DNA of 63,507 nt, counting the filler, from Collodictyon triciliatum (Eukaryota): NCBI GenBank assembly GCA_043381765.1. It is 4 parts of 4 records of this genome, joined end to end, with 100 filler letters (N's around TTAATTAATTAA, not from the genome) between each part and the next. Parts side by side here need not be neighbours in the genome. Positions count along the whole stretch, not along the records: positions 29,620 to 59,072 come from JBHJMP010000962.1; 3 more parts are not named here. One strand, 5' to 3'. Both the position numbers and the translations under genes were made by a program. A model generated the notes under the pieces. The model did not search any database and was not told where the DNA came from. It worked only from the letters and a program-made list of their open reading frames with translations. Shown here one piece after another: positions 31,640 to 44,607 of the stretch. The first letter of the stretch is position 1. Every line of letters starts with the position of its first letter.

Positions 31640-34600
31640 TTACTTGTATGTGATGAGATAGGTTGGGTACGCTCGGTTGTTGTCGTAGACTAAAATAGAA
31701 TTTTTTTTTAAGAGTGCAGTACATACACGGACGAATTACAATTTTAGAATAAAGTATCCAGTATTTACCTATAAAGATTGGTGTATTGCATGTATTCCCC
31801 GAGACAGAATTATATCTCATAGCTTCGCCTTTTTTTAGTGGTGGCAACATTAAGGAGCTATCATTAGGATTTATCTCAATTGAGTCACCCACAATGACAT
31901 CTGCAAGAAACATTTGCGAGAGACCATTTCCAGCGTTGAACTTGTATCCATCAGAATATGAGGCTTTTGTAGAAAAATAAGTGCCTCGACCTATTGAATA
32001 TCAATTGGTGCATACTGTTAGGGCCAATTAAATTTATTAAAAACATTTATTTTATCATCATCATTTTGATTTAAAAGGAATTACCCCACATTCCAGTCGT
32101 GCAAAACTGCATTTTGAATCCGTCTCCATTTGCATCATCGTAAATGAGATTCGGATTAGTCGACCTTGTCCCATGGAACAACTGGATTACTCTAGCCTCC
32201 TTTCCAAGAAGCTCTGATATCGATCTTTTACTAAAACAGTATCTATCCCATATCATTTTGTTTTGTACTCGCTCAATACGAATTATTCTCTCTTTTTGGA
32301 CTGTAGCATCAAAGAGGCCACTCACTGAATCCCATTCTACAGAACCTTTAGGTATCTCATATATTTGGAAATTTCTTTGTTGACCTTTTTCCCAGTATTC
32401 TGGGTATCCAGCAAACTTTCTGTTATCCTCGTCAATTATCTTGAACACTTGCTCCATAAGCTCGATTTTTGCTTGATCAGACCTGATCTTCGAGCCGTAG
32501 ATAATCACTATTGGGTTCTGTTCAGTATTCAAGTTTTTTACGATGTTGATTTTGACCAGATAATTCCTTTCAATTGATTCTATGGTTGACTTCAGCTTTT
32601 CATCTATTCGTATGCTGGAAATCCTTAGGTCAAATTGAGTCTCTGTCTCTATTTTACTTATTTCTCTCTCTACTTTTTGTACCGCACCAACGATATGCTC
32701 TTGAAGGTGAGATATTCTAACGCAATAAGATTCTTGGATAGATTGGTCTAACTTTACTTCAGGGACGTATTTTCTAGATGTGGACATGTCTTCCGAAGCT
32801 CCCTGTTGACTTTGTACCTTAGATGAAATGGGTGGTACAAATTTTTCACACTTAATTTTTCTGATGAAATTAGATCCTTTATTTCTTTGTTCCATAGCTT
32901 CAAAATCAATATCATACATATTTGAATTTGGTGAATCTGTCACAGCAACACAAATCGTCCCTCTTTTAACATTCATCTTTTTCAACTGATCTATGGCGTT
33001 GTTAGAGTCTTCATCATATTTTTTAAAATCTCCATCATCTGCTTTCCAGAACCACTGATAATCGGGGTATTGATGACTTACAACGTCCGGAGTGGGTGAT
33101 TTTAGCCATTTTTCAATATTGAGAGACGAGAATGATTCATCAATTTTTTTGCAAAGGCATTCAATGACATCCCACTCAATATCAACAAACCGAATCAAAT
33201 GAAATGGTGGAGGAGATTTTGAATGAACATATGGCTTGATTGTTTCGATAAAGGCATCCAAAACCATAGCAGGTGAGTTCATGAATGTTTTAGCACCCAG
33301 CCCAGGAATGGCGAGGTTCCTTATACTGTTTCTATTAGCCTCCTCAAAAACTTTTTGAAATGTTAGATTGAGAGAATCCCTTGCGGTTTGTGAATTTGTC
33401 GATGTATGGAGCACAGGTGGTACTGTGCATATAACAAATTTGCTTGGAGTCTCACTCCATTGAAACGCTTTAGAATTATGTGCGCTAATTGGTCCAAAGG
33501 TTGACACATGTTCTAAGCATTGAGTTCTAAAATTTGGACCAAATTTAAGAGCAATATCATTCGCTACCCCACCGGTATGGATCAGTTGCCCATTTGTGGC
33601 AGATACAATCGCATCGACGTCATCATCTCTCGTGATATTTCCGTGTCTCACTTGTATCACCAGGCCATTATCACAATTAATTTGACAAACTAATCCGCCA
33701 ATCTGCTTTTTTTCGGTTTCAAGCTCTTCTTTTTGGAGAATGTCGATATCGATATCACTAATCGTTCTTCTAATTCTGGACCATTCTACACTTTTCAGGC
33801 AACCAAGTTGGTGAAGATATATGTAGATATTACGTGAGATTATCCTCTGTTCAATAGTTTTTACGAATTCAGATATTTTGGATTTTGTTCTCTCTACGCT
33901 TCCCCGATTACCTTTGATAATAATTTTTACAGCTTTTGCAGCTGAATCATTAGAATTATCCTTCGATATTACCAAACGACTTCCTTTTTCGCAATTTTTT
34001 TCTATGCCAGACCTTGTGGGTGCATGAAAGTAAATAAGTCTACACAGAGCATGTCCTCTAAAAATCAGAATTTCCTCTACAAACCTGGCCTCTCTTTGTG
34101 GATTAACCAATTTTTGAATTTCCTCTTTCACTTCTTCCTTAATTGTTTCATCCAGTATGTATGTAAACAATATGTATTCCTTTTCTCCACCCTTGGTATT
34201 CGTCATTGTCTTTGTCTCGCCGTCCCCTTTTGTCATTATTTTCGATATAGAAAAGGTATGAAATCGCCTTACCACTTTGTTGCTCTGGTCTCCATCAGAA
34301 TAGTAAAAAGAATTCTTAGCTTTTTTGCCCACTATAGCATCTTCCAAAACAATAGGTTTTATTGATTCAATAAATGAATCAAGTTCATTGAAATCGTCTT
34401 CATAACCAATCAAAGTAATATCAAACGATCGGATTTGGCCAGTATGACCACTGAAGTTTGGCATTCGGTAAACACAGGCATGTGTCGCTAGATACCTTTG
34501 AAGTATGTAAAAATGGTAAATATCCCAATTTTGTCCAATCTTTTTACTTCCATGTTTAATTCTTGATAAAATATCTCCTTCTTCAAGTGACCAATTAATC

Positions 34601-36527
34601 TCTTTGTCAAACGGAACCAAAATTATCAGGATGATCTTTCCTGATTCTCTTGTAAACGCGTAGCCAGCAGAGTTCCTATCGCACAGTTCTTTCAAACATG
34701 TCCTCCCCTTTTCATACAGAAAGGTAAGCTTTTCTCTGATGTGGGTATAGCCAGAAGAGCCAGGTTCGTCCTTCTCTATAACGCGCTTAACTACTGGAGT
34801 TGCCAGTTCAATCTTCAATTTGCCTTTAGAAGGTTCATAAACAGTTTCATTACCCAATTCTTGAAATTCTTGAGAAATATAATAATCAAGCGGTTGGCAA
34901 TCGATATCATAAGTAGCCAAGTCTTTGGAAATTCTTTGTATTTGCTCTAAGACCTTTTGCATGAAATTTGAAGGACAGGCCAATTGGATTTTGAAATTAG
35001 TAATGTCAGGTGTAGGAATGCTTTCAAGTACAAAAGAAAACATGGCATTCTTTCTAATTCCCTTCAGTTGGGATCTTAGGGCTCTTTCCTGTTCTTGCAG
35101 TGTTGTTGAGCTGGTGGGGATTTTAATGTTCACCTCTTTGAACTCTAGAGTTTTGATAAAAGAGATGCACAATTGAATACCCGCTTTTTTCCCTCGAATC
35201 ACGTATTCTTTTCTATCCAAATCATAAGATAAGGCCACTTTAAATTTATTTTGCAGAGCTTCTCGATAAAATTTGGTCCATTGGAGCCAAAAATCATTAC
35301 TTTCTACAGGAAGTTTCTCAACGGTTTGTATTGTGGACCTTTCTTTTTCCTTCTTAGTGATGTATTCCATAGCCTGGGCTACTGTTGCAGAATTGAGCCC
35401 TACCAGACGCTTATTGTTGTAGTCTACGCTAAATCTTGTACGTATGTGTTCAACTGTTGCATTAGGGATAGCGAATGACAGGTCTTCGGTGTGTGCGTAA
35501 AAGGATTTATATTCTGGACTATCGAAGAAAACCACCAAATCCTCAAATGGGCCTATAAATGTCAACATGGCTGGTATTTTCTGAACAACTATATATATTT
35601 TATACTTTTTCCCTAATGTCCTTATGCTACTTTCTAAACTTTCAAAAAATGGTGCCTCAAGAAATTCCGTCACACCAAAGCTGGCCAGATATTGATCGGT
35701 CGACAAGGAGCCCACTGTGGCATAACAACTTGAAGCCTGCGTTTCATCTTCAAAGATTAAAGGAGACGCAACGCTGATTTTTTTGAGGAGGTAGTTCTCT
35801 ATAATTCTCGATGAGCATGTCAAAATGAAAAATCCAAATGTCTCGAAGCTTCTGATATTCCCTATCTCGATTGGGTCATGCTCTTTCAAAGCACAATCAG
35901 AAAATGATGAAAGGATGGAATCCCACGACTTTGAGCCCCTTTCTTGAATCACAATCACAACCTCAAGCATTATTGGGGGCAATACATGTATTGGCTCTTT
36001 TGGCTCTAGGATTTTCAGCTTTTGTCCTTTGATTTTAACCATGACATGCCCCTTTTTGTTGGTGTTACGAAGTTTGAATCTCAAATATTCTTGACGGCAC
36101 ACATACTCTGATGCATACGTGACAAAAATAGTCTTTTTTGGCTCTGTTGGGATATCTGACACAGCAACACTTCTGGGGAAATGATCGGAGACGTCCTTCT
36201 TGATGAACTTTGCCACCTCAATGCTATTTGCGAAGTGAAGCATGTGCGTCAAAGACTCCTTTTGTTTTTCTTTACCTTGCGCTTCAGAATTATAAGGTGA
36301 CTTTGTATTCGGACTCTAATATAAAGGGAAAATATAGTAAATTCAAACTTAAAATCCAGATAAAATGCAACCTCTTGTAAACCTTTCCTTCTTTAGTACA
36401 CATAATTGCGAAAAGAAAGGTTATTAGAGAGATATTAAAGTAAAAGCAAAGAAAATCTGCAAAATGGTACATTTCCAGCCGATCTTGTGCGAGCTTCGCT
36501 TGCGCCTTTTCCATTGGGACTGGACAT
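31640..36527 (-). CDS. PARP14/15-like mono-ADP-ribosyltransferase: long N-terminus with KH-like segments, macrodomain, WWE, ART catalytic domain (4 exons)
   Basis: Macro: IQVRHGNITRDDDVDAIVSATNGQLIHTGGVA. WWE: QWFWKADDGDFKKYD..YDIDFEAMEQRN. ART: IERVQN, QLFHGT, GMWG|RGTYFS, MFLADVIVG, YNSVSG, IFI|VYDNNRAYPTYLITYK*. A short first exon (MSSPNGKG..) splices in frame. Confidence 0.9.
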
Positions 36528-37001
36528 GCGTTATCTTTGAAGCCTAAAAGTTACAGAAAACTGCCCCTTGTTAGTGTTTTTCTACAAGAAATGATATTGC
36601 AACACTAAGATGCAACCTGACTAATCGCACATCGCTTAGAAGTTATCTTTGAGTAAGAAGGAAGAGTGAAGTTAATTATATGATATGTAATTTTTCGCTA
36701 ATAAAATTCGAAGCTTCTATAAACGAACCACTGATCATTACGTCGAACCTCCTTGTACGTATTCAACACCGATGAAAGTATAAGAGAAGCGAAACGTAAT
36801 GAAAGAATAAGCAAAAGAAAATAGGGGAAAAGTAATTGGTTGTAAATGAAGGAAGTAGTATCGGTACAGACGAGGCCCTGTTTTTGTTATGCCTTTGTTA
36901 ACTCGTGTTTAGGTTTACTATGCGCTTCCTAGGCCATGAGTGGAGTGTTTCATAATGGCTCTTTGTCGTGGATAATATATATACCTGAGATAAGAGTATT
37001 A

Positions 37002-37199
37002 AGTCGGAGTTTGTGCAAAATCTAGATTATGAGATGACAGCCATCGATAATCGAGTCGGAGTTTGTGCAAAAGCTAGGTTATGAGATGACAGCCATCGAT
37101 AATCCAGTCGGAGTTTGTGCAAAAGCTAGGTTATGAGATGACAGCCATCGATAATCCAGTCAGAGTTTGTGCAAAAGCTAGTGCACGAGATGAAAGCCA
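37002..37199. repeat. 52-bp tandem repeat, ~3.8 copies
   Basis: Unit AGTCGGAGTTTGTGCAAAAGCTAGGTTATGAGATGACAGCCATCGATAATCC starting at 37002, 37054, 37106 and 37158. Confidence 0.92.
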
Positions 37200-37709
37200 A
37201 CTCTTATATATGCAGTGCAAGGCACAGATAATTTCTATTTTGATAGATTTTGAGGGTTTTATTTGATTAAATCAGTCATTTATACAAAGATAATGAATCA
37301 TTTTTTTACAATCGACAGATTACTGAGAGGAAACAAAGCCGAGGAAACCGCCTTCGCCTCTAGGACAAAAATGAGCTGTGGACAAGACAGTGGAAAACCT
37401 CGAATTGTGTGGTTGGAGTTTTTGTGTTTTGGGTGAAATAGAAAGAGAAAAAGAAGAAAAGATAGAAAGGAGAGAAAGTATTCTCACGTGCAGACTATTC
37501 TACCCGAAGTGATTCAGCTCCAACGCGATTTCAGGTTGTATTCGAGACTGACAGAAGAGCGGATAAAGTTGTCGGGTCGATGAAAGTATGCACATGGCAG
37601 TTACTTCTCAAATCGATTCCGGTTAGTCCATTCAGCTTTCTATCTCAGACAAGATTTACATCCTATTTCATTCCACAGGATGAGTCTTTTGAGGGGACAA
37701 CGGGTCACT

Positions 37710-38945
37710 TTACTTGCGTTTCTTGCTGGGCGACTCAGACAAAAAGCGATGCATCGTTGTTTGTCTGGAATTATCGGAAGTGGCGCTTGACCGTCCCCTG
37801 GTTTCGGGACCATGCGTAGCCGGCAGTGGACTTTGCTTAACCGGAGTATGGATACGCGTTTGTGGTTTNNNNNNNNNNNNNNNNNNNNNNNNNNNNNNNN
37901 NNNNNNNNNNNNNNNNNNNNNNNNNNNNNNNNNNNNNNNNNNNNNNNNNNNNNNNNNNNNNNNNNNNNNNNNNNNNNNNNNNNNNNNNNNNNNNNNNNNN
38001 NNNNNNNNNNNNNNNNNNNNNNNNNNNNNNNNNNNNNNNNNNNNNNNNNNNNNNNNNNNNNNNNNNNNNNNNNNNNNNNNNNNNNNNNNNNNNNNNNNNN
38101 NNNNNNNNNNNNNNNNNNNNNNNNNNNNNNNNNNNNNNNNNNNNNNNNNNNNNNNNNNNNNNNNNNNNNNNNNNNNNNNNNNNNNNNNNNNNNNNNNNNN
38201 NNNNNNNNNNNNNNNNNNNNNNNNNNNNNNNNNNNNNNNNNNNNNNNNNNNNNNNNNNNNNNNNNNNNNNNNNNNNNNNNNNNNNNNNNNNNNNNNNNNN
38301 NNNNNNNNNNNNNNNNNNNNNNNNNNNNNNNNNNNNNNNNNNNNNNNNNNNNNNNNNNNNNNNNNNNNNNNNNNNNNNNNNNNNNNNNNNNNNNNNNNNN
38401 NNNNNNNNNNNNNNNNNNNNNNNNNNNNNNNNNNNNNNNNNNNNNNNNNNNNNNNNNNNNNNNNNNNNNNNNNNNNNNNNNNNNNNNNNNNNNNNNNNNN
38501 NNNNNNNNNNNNNNNNNNNNNNNNNNNNNNNNNNNNNNNNNNNNNNNNNNNNNNNNNNNNNNNNNNNNNNNNNNNNNNNNNNNNNNNNNNNNNNNNNNNN
38601 NNNNNNNNNNNNNNNNNNNNNNNNNNNNNNNNNNNNNNNNNNNNTTCGGGCGTTTTCTGCAGTGCGGAAGGCGATCAGGCAAAGGCCTTCGCTGTCCGGT
38701 AAGCGCAATTGGATGGACTCTTCCCAAAGTTTGTTCGCTTTCAAGAAGGAGGCGAGCGCATCTGTGAGTCTGCGAGCCTTGTTCTTGTTGTAAACGACTT
38801 GTTCGATATCTTTCAAAAATACTTTCGCTCAGACAGACTTGCAGGCGGCTTCCTTGCACGGGTCTTCCTAGACTTACGTGCAACTCGGGGTTTTTCCGCG
38901 CCAGCGTTGGAACCAGAAGAGCTGGCTGCAACTTGCGAAGCCTTC
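37710..38945 (-). mobile_element. Possible LINE ORF1-like remnant spanning an N-gap
   Basis: Intronless, GC-richer segment; LCLIAFRTAENAR resembles ORF1 RRM-like motifs, with a basic low-complexity tail. Frameshift near 38815; most of it lies in the gap. Confidence 0.35.
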
Positions 38946-39545
38946 GATAGGTTGCGTTATTTAAACAAAACAATTGGTCACAGCTTGTGTTTTCCTGCAA
39001 GTGCGGAAAGTTGTGTTATTCGATTGAGTTTGTCTCTGCTGCCACTCATATCATGTATCCTGGAAAGTTGTTAGCACCGACGACTATATGTGTACCCAAT
39101 CACAGCTTCAGGAAAGACGTATCAAACAGAATCAAATGCGTATTTTAAAATATGCTCATATACGATGATTTCGGTGCATCTTGCAATTTTCACAAAAAAG
39201 GATTGGTTGTGATTACAGCTGTTTCCTGATTCGTCGCCTACATGCGGATAATATAGTAATATATCAAATATTCTCCAACTGTAGCTCGATGGAGGTATGA
39301 GTCACTCAAATTCCATGTATGATATGCTGTTGTATATTCTCTATGATGCAGCATCCTGGGCTGTATATCCTTTGTTCTCTTTTCATTAACCGAAAACATG
39401 TGATTCCAAAATGACACTTTGTGTCTGCCAGTTCTAAGCTCTGGTATATAAGCGATTTCTGTTTGTCTGTGGTTCTGACACCGTTTTATCGGGGTGATAA
39501 TGGCAAGCCTGCGATTTAGGACAAGCCACAGCAAACAAAGACAAC

Positions 39546-39776
39546 ATACAGAGATTCGTCAGCACACTGACTGGCAGAAGCATCACACTCGAAGTGGAGC
39601 GTTTCGATACCATTGAGAACATCTAGGCCGAGATACAAGACAAATAATTCCCGCCGGAGTAGCAGCGCCTGATTTTTGCAGGGAAGCAGCTAGAGGAGGG
39701 CCGCACAACATCTGACTACAACAATCAGAACGAGTTGACTTTATATTCCGTTCTTCGCTTACGAGACAAAGTATAA
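39546..39776 (+). pseudogene. Ubiquitin pseudogene (intronless)
   Basis: [76 protein letters not shown] changed to ATA, three internal stops, C-terminal GG lost. Confidence 0.92.
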
Positions 39777-40042
39777 ATAGACTTGCATTCCCTCCCTGGT
39801 TTCTTTTTCTCGCTCGCCCTCTTTCAATTGCACCTCTACTAAGCTTTGTTTTCTCTTCACTTTTTTCTTTCTCGGTCTCGCTGTCATGAAATAAAAGAAA
39901 AAAGAAAAAGAAAAAGAAAAAGAGAAAAGAAAAAGAAACAGGAAAAGGAAAAAAGAAAAAAAGAAAAAAGGAAAAAGGAAAAAAGAAAAAAGGCCTCGAG
40001 GTTTGGCTTCTTGAGTTTGACGAGTAAGTTCAGACTCTACTT

Positions 40043-40477
40043 TCCCCTTCGCTCAAAACCTGCGCGAAACAGCCGGTGAGATTCTTCGACTGACACCCAA
40101 GACGGCTGCGGCTGTTGGCCCAACCAGGCGATATTTGGGCCTCTGCAACAGCTGCATCCAGAGGCGAAAAAACATTCTGGGCGGTGATGCGAGGCCATTT
40201 GCTATGGACTATGTGGATAGCACGCATATACTCACGCAAAGCAAGACTCAACAACCAGCCACCCATTCCTGATAACAGGCTGAATGACATCATACAAATC
40301 TCTTTCCTCAATAGCTTTCTTCGCCACCTGCACGTTCTCTACTACTCAGACCGTGTGAGAAGAGACATATGGAAAGAGGCTGAGAAAGATATTCAACCTC
40401 GCCCTGTATCTCTCATTCAAGCACAAGACCCAGGCTACAGGCCAAACCGCAGGATGCAATTCCTGATTACCGACTAA
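40043..40477 (+). mobile_element. Non-LTR retrotransposon 3' fragment (third copy)
   Basis: Near-identical to 30990-31420 (PFAQNLRETAGEILRL..GHLLWTMWIARIYSRKARLNNQPP). Confidence 0.85.
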
Positions 40478-40674
40478 TATAATGACCTGGCTACCACATA
40501 CTTCTCACAGTCAATCATCAACCAAACAAGTAGAGTAATAAGGTTATATATCTAGGATTATCGGTAAATCATCGAGAACAAAAAAGGAGCACAAAATGTT
40601 TACAGACAAGATTCATTTGAAGTGGTATTCATCGTTGCAACGAGTCCTTTGTTAATGTGGCGTGTTTGATAGAA

Positions 40675-43600
40675 TTAGGCTTCATCAGGAACAAGCAGAA
40701 TCTTTCCAACATTTTTTCTTTCCATAATGCGCCTATGTGCGTCACCAGCGGCAGAAAATGCAAACTTGGAGTCCACGATAGGGCGAACGTATCCTTTAAT
40801 TTTTGAATGAAAAAACAAACAAATAAAGCAAACAAATAAAACAAACAAACAAATAAAACAAACAAACAAATAAAACAAACAAATAAATAAAACAAACAAA
40901 CAAATAAAACAAACAAACAAATAAAACAAACAAACAAATAAAACAAACAAACAAATAAAACAAACAAACAAATAAAACAAACAAACAAATAAAACAAACA
41001 AATAAAACAAACAAACAAAACAAATAAAGCAAACAAACAAGCAAACAAGCAAACAAGAAAACAAACAAATAAAACAAACAAATAAAACAAACAAATAAAA
41101 CAAACAAATAAAACAAACAAATAAAACAAACAAATAAAACAATAAAATAAAACAAACAAATAAAACAAACAAATAAAACAAACAAATAAAACAAACAAAT
41201 AAAACAAACAAAAGCAAAAAGCAAATAGCAAAAACAATAAAATAAAATTAAAAAAACAAATGAGTATAATTTTAGGAAAGGAACCGAGGTGTGATAAAAT
41301 AATATGCTAACAATCAAGATCCGTTATTATTTTCTATTTCTTTTGACTGATAGATGATATTCTCAAGTGCATAAAGAACGATGAGACCTTCCTTGTACAA
41401 GCGTAAGATATCTTCCACCTCTTCTTGCATGTACTCAATCTTAAAAATAAAAAATTACAAGTAGAATTATTCGACTGCAATGATTTCATATCGACCAACA
41501 ACGTTCTAATTTGCCAAATTGTTTACTGCAGATTTGATGGGAATTTAAGGTTGGTGTAAAATTGATAGGCAACAATCAATTATTTATATTCTTATTCTTT
41601 TAACAAACACGAAGGTGGTAGTTTCTTCACGAACCTCATCAAAAAAGTGTGCCATGTTTACGCCTGCAACACTTCTGTTTTCATTGATAAGACGAAAAGG
41701 GCTGAAATTCGGAGTCTTCCACCACCCATGAACCTATACGAAATGTCAGCAGCTCAAGTTTGATATAAAAAAGAAAAGAAAAGAGAGTAGTTAAACATAT
41801 AGTCATATGTCTGAAAAGATTTAAAAATTGTGAAAGATGTCCAAGGATAACTAACCAAACTTCTTGCCAAAATGTAATTATATCGATGGTATGAAAACAA
41901 ACAAGCGAAAAGATGCTACGAGTTTCACCGGTGATAGCAGCAGCAAGCCCAAAGAAGACCAATCGACCAGGTTTACGAAGAATCTCATATCTAAAAAGAA
42001 TCCAAGATAAGACAAAAAGGGCGAGTACTTTTTTTTTAATCAGGAAAATTTGTCAGAGAAAATGCTTTATTAGATGGTAAAATGTCTTATATAAATAAAT
42101 TGTTAGTTCACAAATATTCAAAATTATTATTAGATTATACAAATAATTATTCAACCAACCCTTTGGCCAGTGAATCCCCCCCTTGTGCGTCAAGGATTAA
42201 ATTGACTCCTGGCGGATACTTCCATTGTTATCAAGTGTATAGTTGTATCGTATTGTAAAAAGATTTATCATTAAATAGCGACGAATAACAATAAGCTGCT
42301 ATTTAAAACCTTTTCCTTCAGTGATCCGTTTGACTTCATCAGCAAAATCCTGTGTATGGTAATCGATTGGGTAGTCGCATCCTGTGTATTGGGAGAAAAC
42401 AAAAATATTGCTGTAGCATTAACATTACGGGGTCTTGTTGATAAATAAAGTCATTTGGACCCACAAATCACGTGAGAAAAAGCTTGGCAGCATAGTAAGA
42501 AAAAACGAAATAAAGAATATATATGTTGATTTTGGATGCGACAGTAACCTTCTTTTCTGATTGCATCGTGTTTGGATTGCGACGCAGTACCGAAGATTTT
42601 AACATTTGGAATAGTTTTGGCAAGCTATGAAAAATATTCAATGTATTTAGAAATCTACACTGAGATATAGAAAATATGCCTGATGCTGGCTTCATATCCT
42701 ACATATTCAAAGATATCAAAAAAGAAAAAGAAAAGGCCAGACAAATGAACACTGAGGGGAATATGAATGAAATAAGGTCATGCATGGATTATTTATCGGA
42801 AAATGGAAAATAATATATCTTTGCGTCACAAAAAAAGTCCAATAAATCAAAGAGTGACTGTTCTAATGAAATGAAAATGCAACAGGTTCAAGAGCGCTAT
42901 TGGCCTGCCTGAATTGCAGCTGTCCCAACACCGCCAGCCGCTGCGTGAATCAAAATGGATTCTCGAGAACGAAGATTCCCGACACGAAAGATGCAGTGAT
43001 AAGCTGTCAGGTAAACAACAGGTAATGCTGCTGCCTCTTCAAAGGTCATTCCTTCGGGCATCAGGAACGCTTGGTTTTCTGGTACCACGACTTTTTCTGA
43101 CGTAATGTTACCAACCAGTCATTAATCTTATGAATGATTACAGATTAGCCTTCAAGACTGTCAAGTAGCGGCAAAAATAAAACATACCAGCATGACACCC
43201 AAACTTCTTCATCACCAAAACCTTATCGCCTACTTTGAACTTGGTAACGCCGTCTCCAATCAAATCAACAACACCTGAAGCCTGAAATGGATTGAGTAAT
43301 TTTTCATACTGAAGAATGCGATCAATAAATGAGTAAAATAAAAGAAGAGGCGGTAAGGACTGTACTGAAAATCATATAAACATATAATATTGCTCTGCAC
43401 TGAAAACACACTTCATATCCAACAACAGAGGGAGTAGGAGGAGCATCGGGATATGTGCCCTGTCGAGCCATTACTTCAGCAAAGTTCAATCCTGCGTTTT
43501 TGAGATTGTTGTGATGCCATTTAAATACTACGATAGAATATAAGAAAGGGAACACCAGAGTCGATCTCCATGTCGATATCTCATCATTATTATCTAATTG

Positions 43601-43900
43601 TTATTATTATGTCTTTTTTACGTTACTTTGCTGCTTGGTTAGTGTTTGCTTTAACAACACACATTTCCTCTTTTGATTTTCTTTGCGTTATTTTTTTTTT
43701 AATGCGCAGCAAAAGCAACAAGCCTCCGAGTTAACTGCTCCTCTTTATCTTTACGTATGATTGAACAAAGCAAGATAACGAAAAAAACCTGCAGCTTTGA
43801 CGCTGATGCGAACCTCCTTCTCGCCAGGAACAGGGTCAGGAAACTCTTGCACTTGAAGCACGTCGTAGCCACCCGGCGTAGTAATGACGATCGCCCTCAT
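40675..43900 (-). CDS. VAT-1-like NADPH:quinone oxidoreductase (MDR family), multi-exon
   Basis: MRAIVITTPGGYDVLQV, GLNFAEVMARQGTYPDAPPTPSVVGYE, AAALPVVYLTAY, ILIHAAAGGVGTAAIQ, DAHRRIMERKNVGKILLVP. Confidence 0.92.
40810..41260. repeat. Intronic (AAAC/AAAT)n compound microsatellite
   Basis: Seen directly; lies in the last intron of the VAT-1-like gene. Confidence 0.9.
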
Positions 43901-44607
43901 GGAAACTGCGGTGCGCTGGGAGGTGCTTGCGTGGCGGGCTGCAAAGAGAAGAAGCGCGTAGAAAGGAAACATGCATATTATTAGCTAAAAAAGACAAAGG
44001 TCTGGATATATGAGTGGACGCAGGCACGAGAGGTAGTTGTGCGGGAGTAGAGCTCTTCTGATCGCGAGTCGACGGCAAAGTTTTCACGATGCTCGGCCCC
44101 GGCAAACACCCGCCATGTTGCGAAGGAAGTGTGGTTTATTACACGCTTTCGGCCGAGCCGACAGCAAGGGAAAGCACACACTTGGGAGGAGTGTGATGAG
44201 GGAACAAGAGTGTAGGCTTGATATAAAAAAGAGAACAGAGAAAAAAGAAATCAACCATTCGACTGATATCAACATATACTTGGATATCGATTTTTTTTCT
44301 TGATATGAAGTATATATTGAAATCACTTAAACCCCGCAACCCCAAAATTTTTTATAAAATCGTTTTCTGATACTATATTTGATATGTATAGTCGAATATT
44401 AGCCCTGACACTGAAAGATGTGTGCCGATGACAGGCGAGACTGCAAACACTGACACACTAACATAGAATTCTATCCTCTGATTTATATAGATTAGCTGGG
44501 TTGGTTTAATATTTTAACTTAAGCTTATGCACTTGTGCAGTTTTGCAGTAACAATATTTCTTACGGCGATGCTTGGCCCTAACACCGACCCAGCAACCCA
44601 GCGAAAA

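Noticed and set aside
37002-37199. CRISPR-like array
   Set aside because: Units are contiguous and near-identical with no unique spacers; eukaryotic context with no cas genes.
44380-44607. Defined terminal inverted repeat and TSD of the virus
   Set aside because: The right end is missing, so no pairing can be shown; no clear AGT-repeat Polinton terminus is visible.
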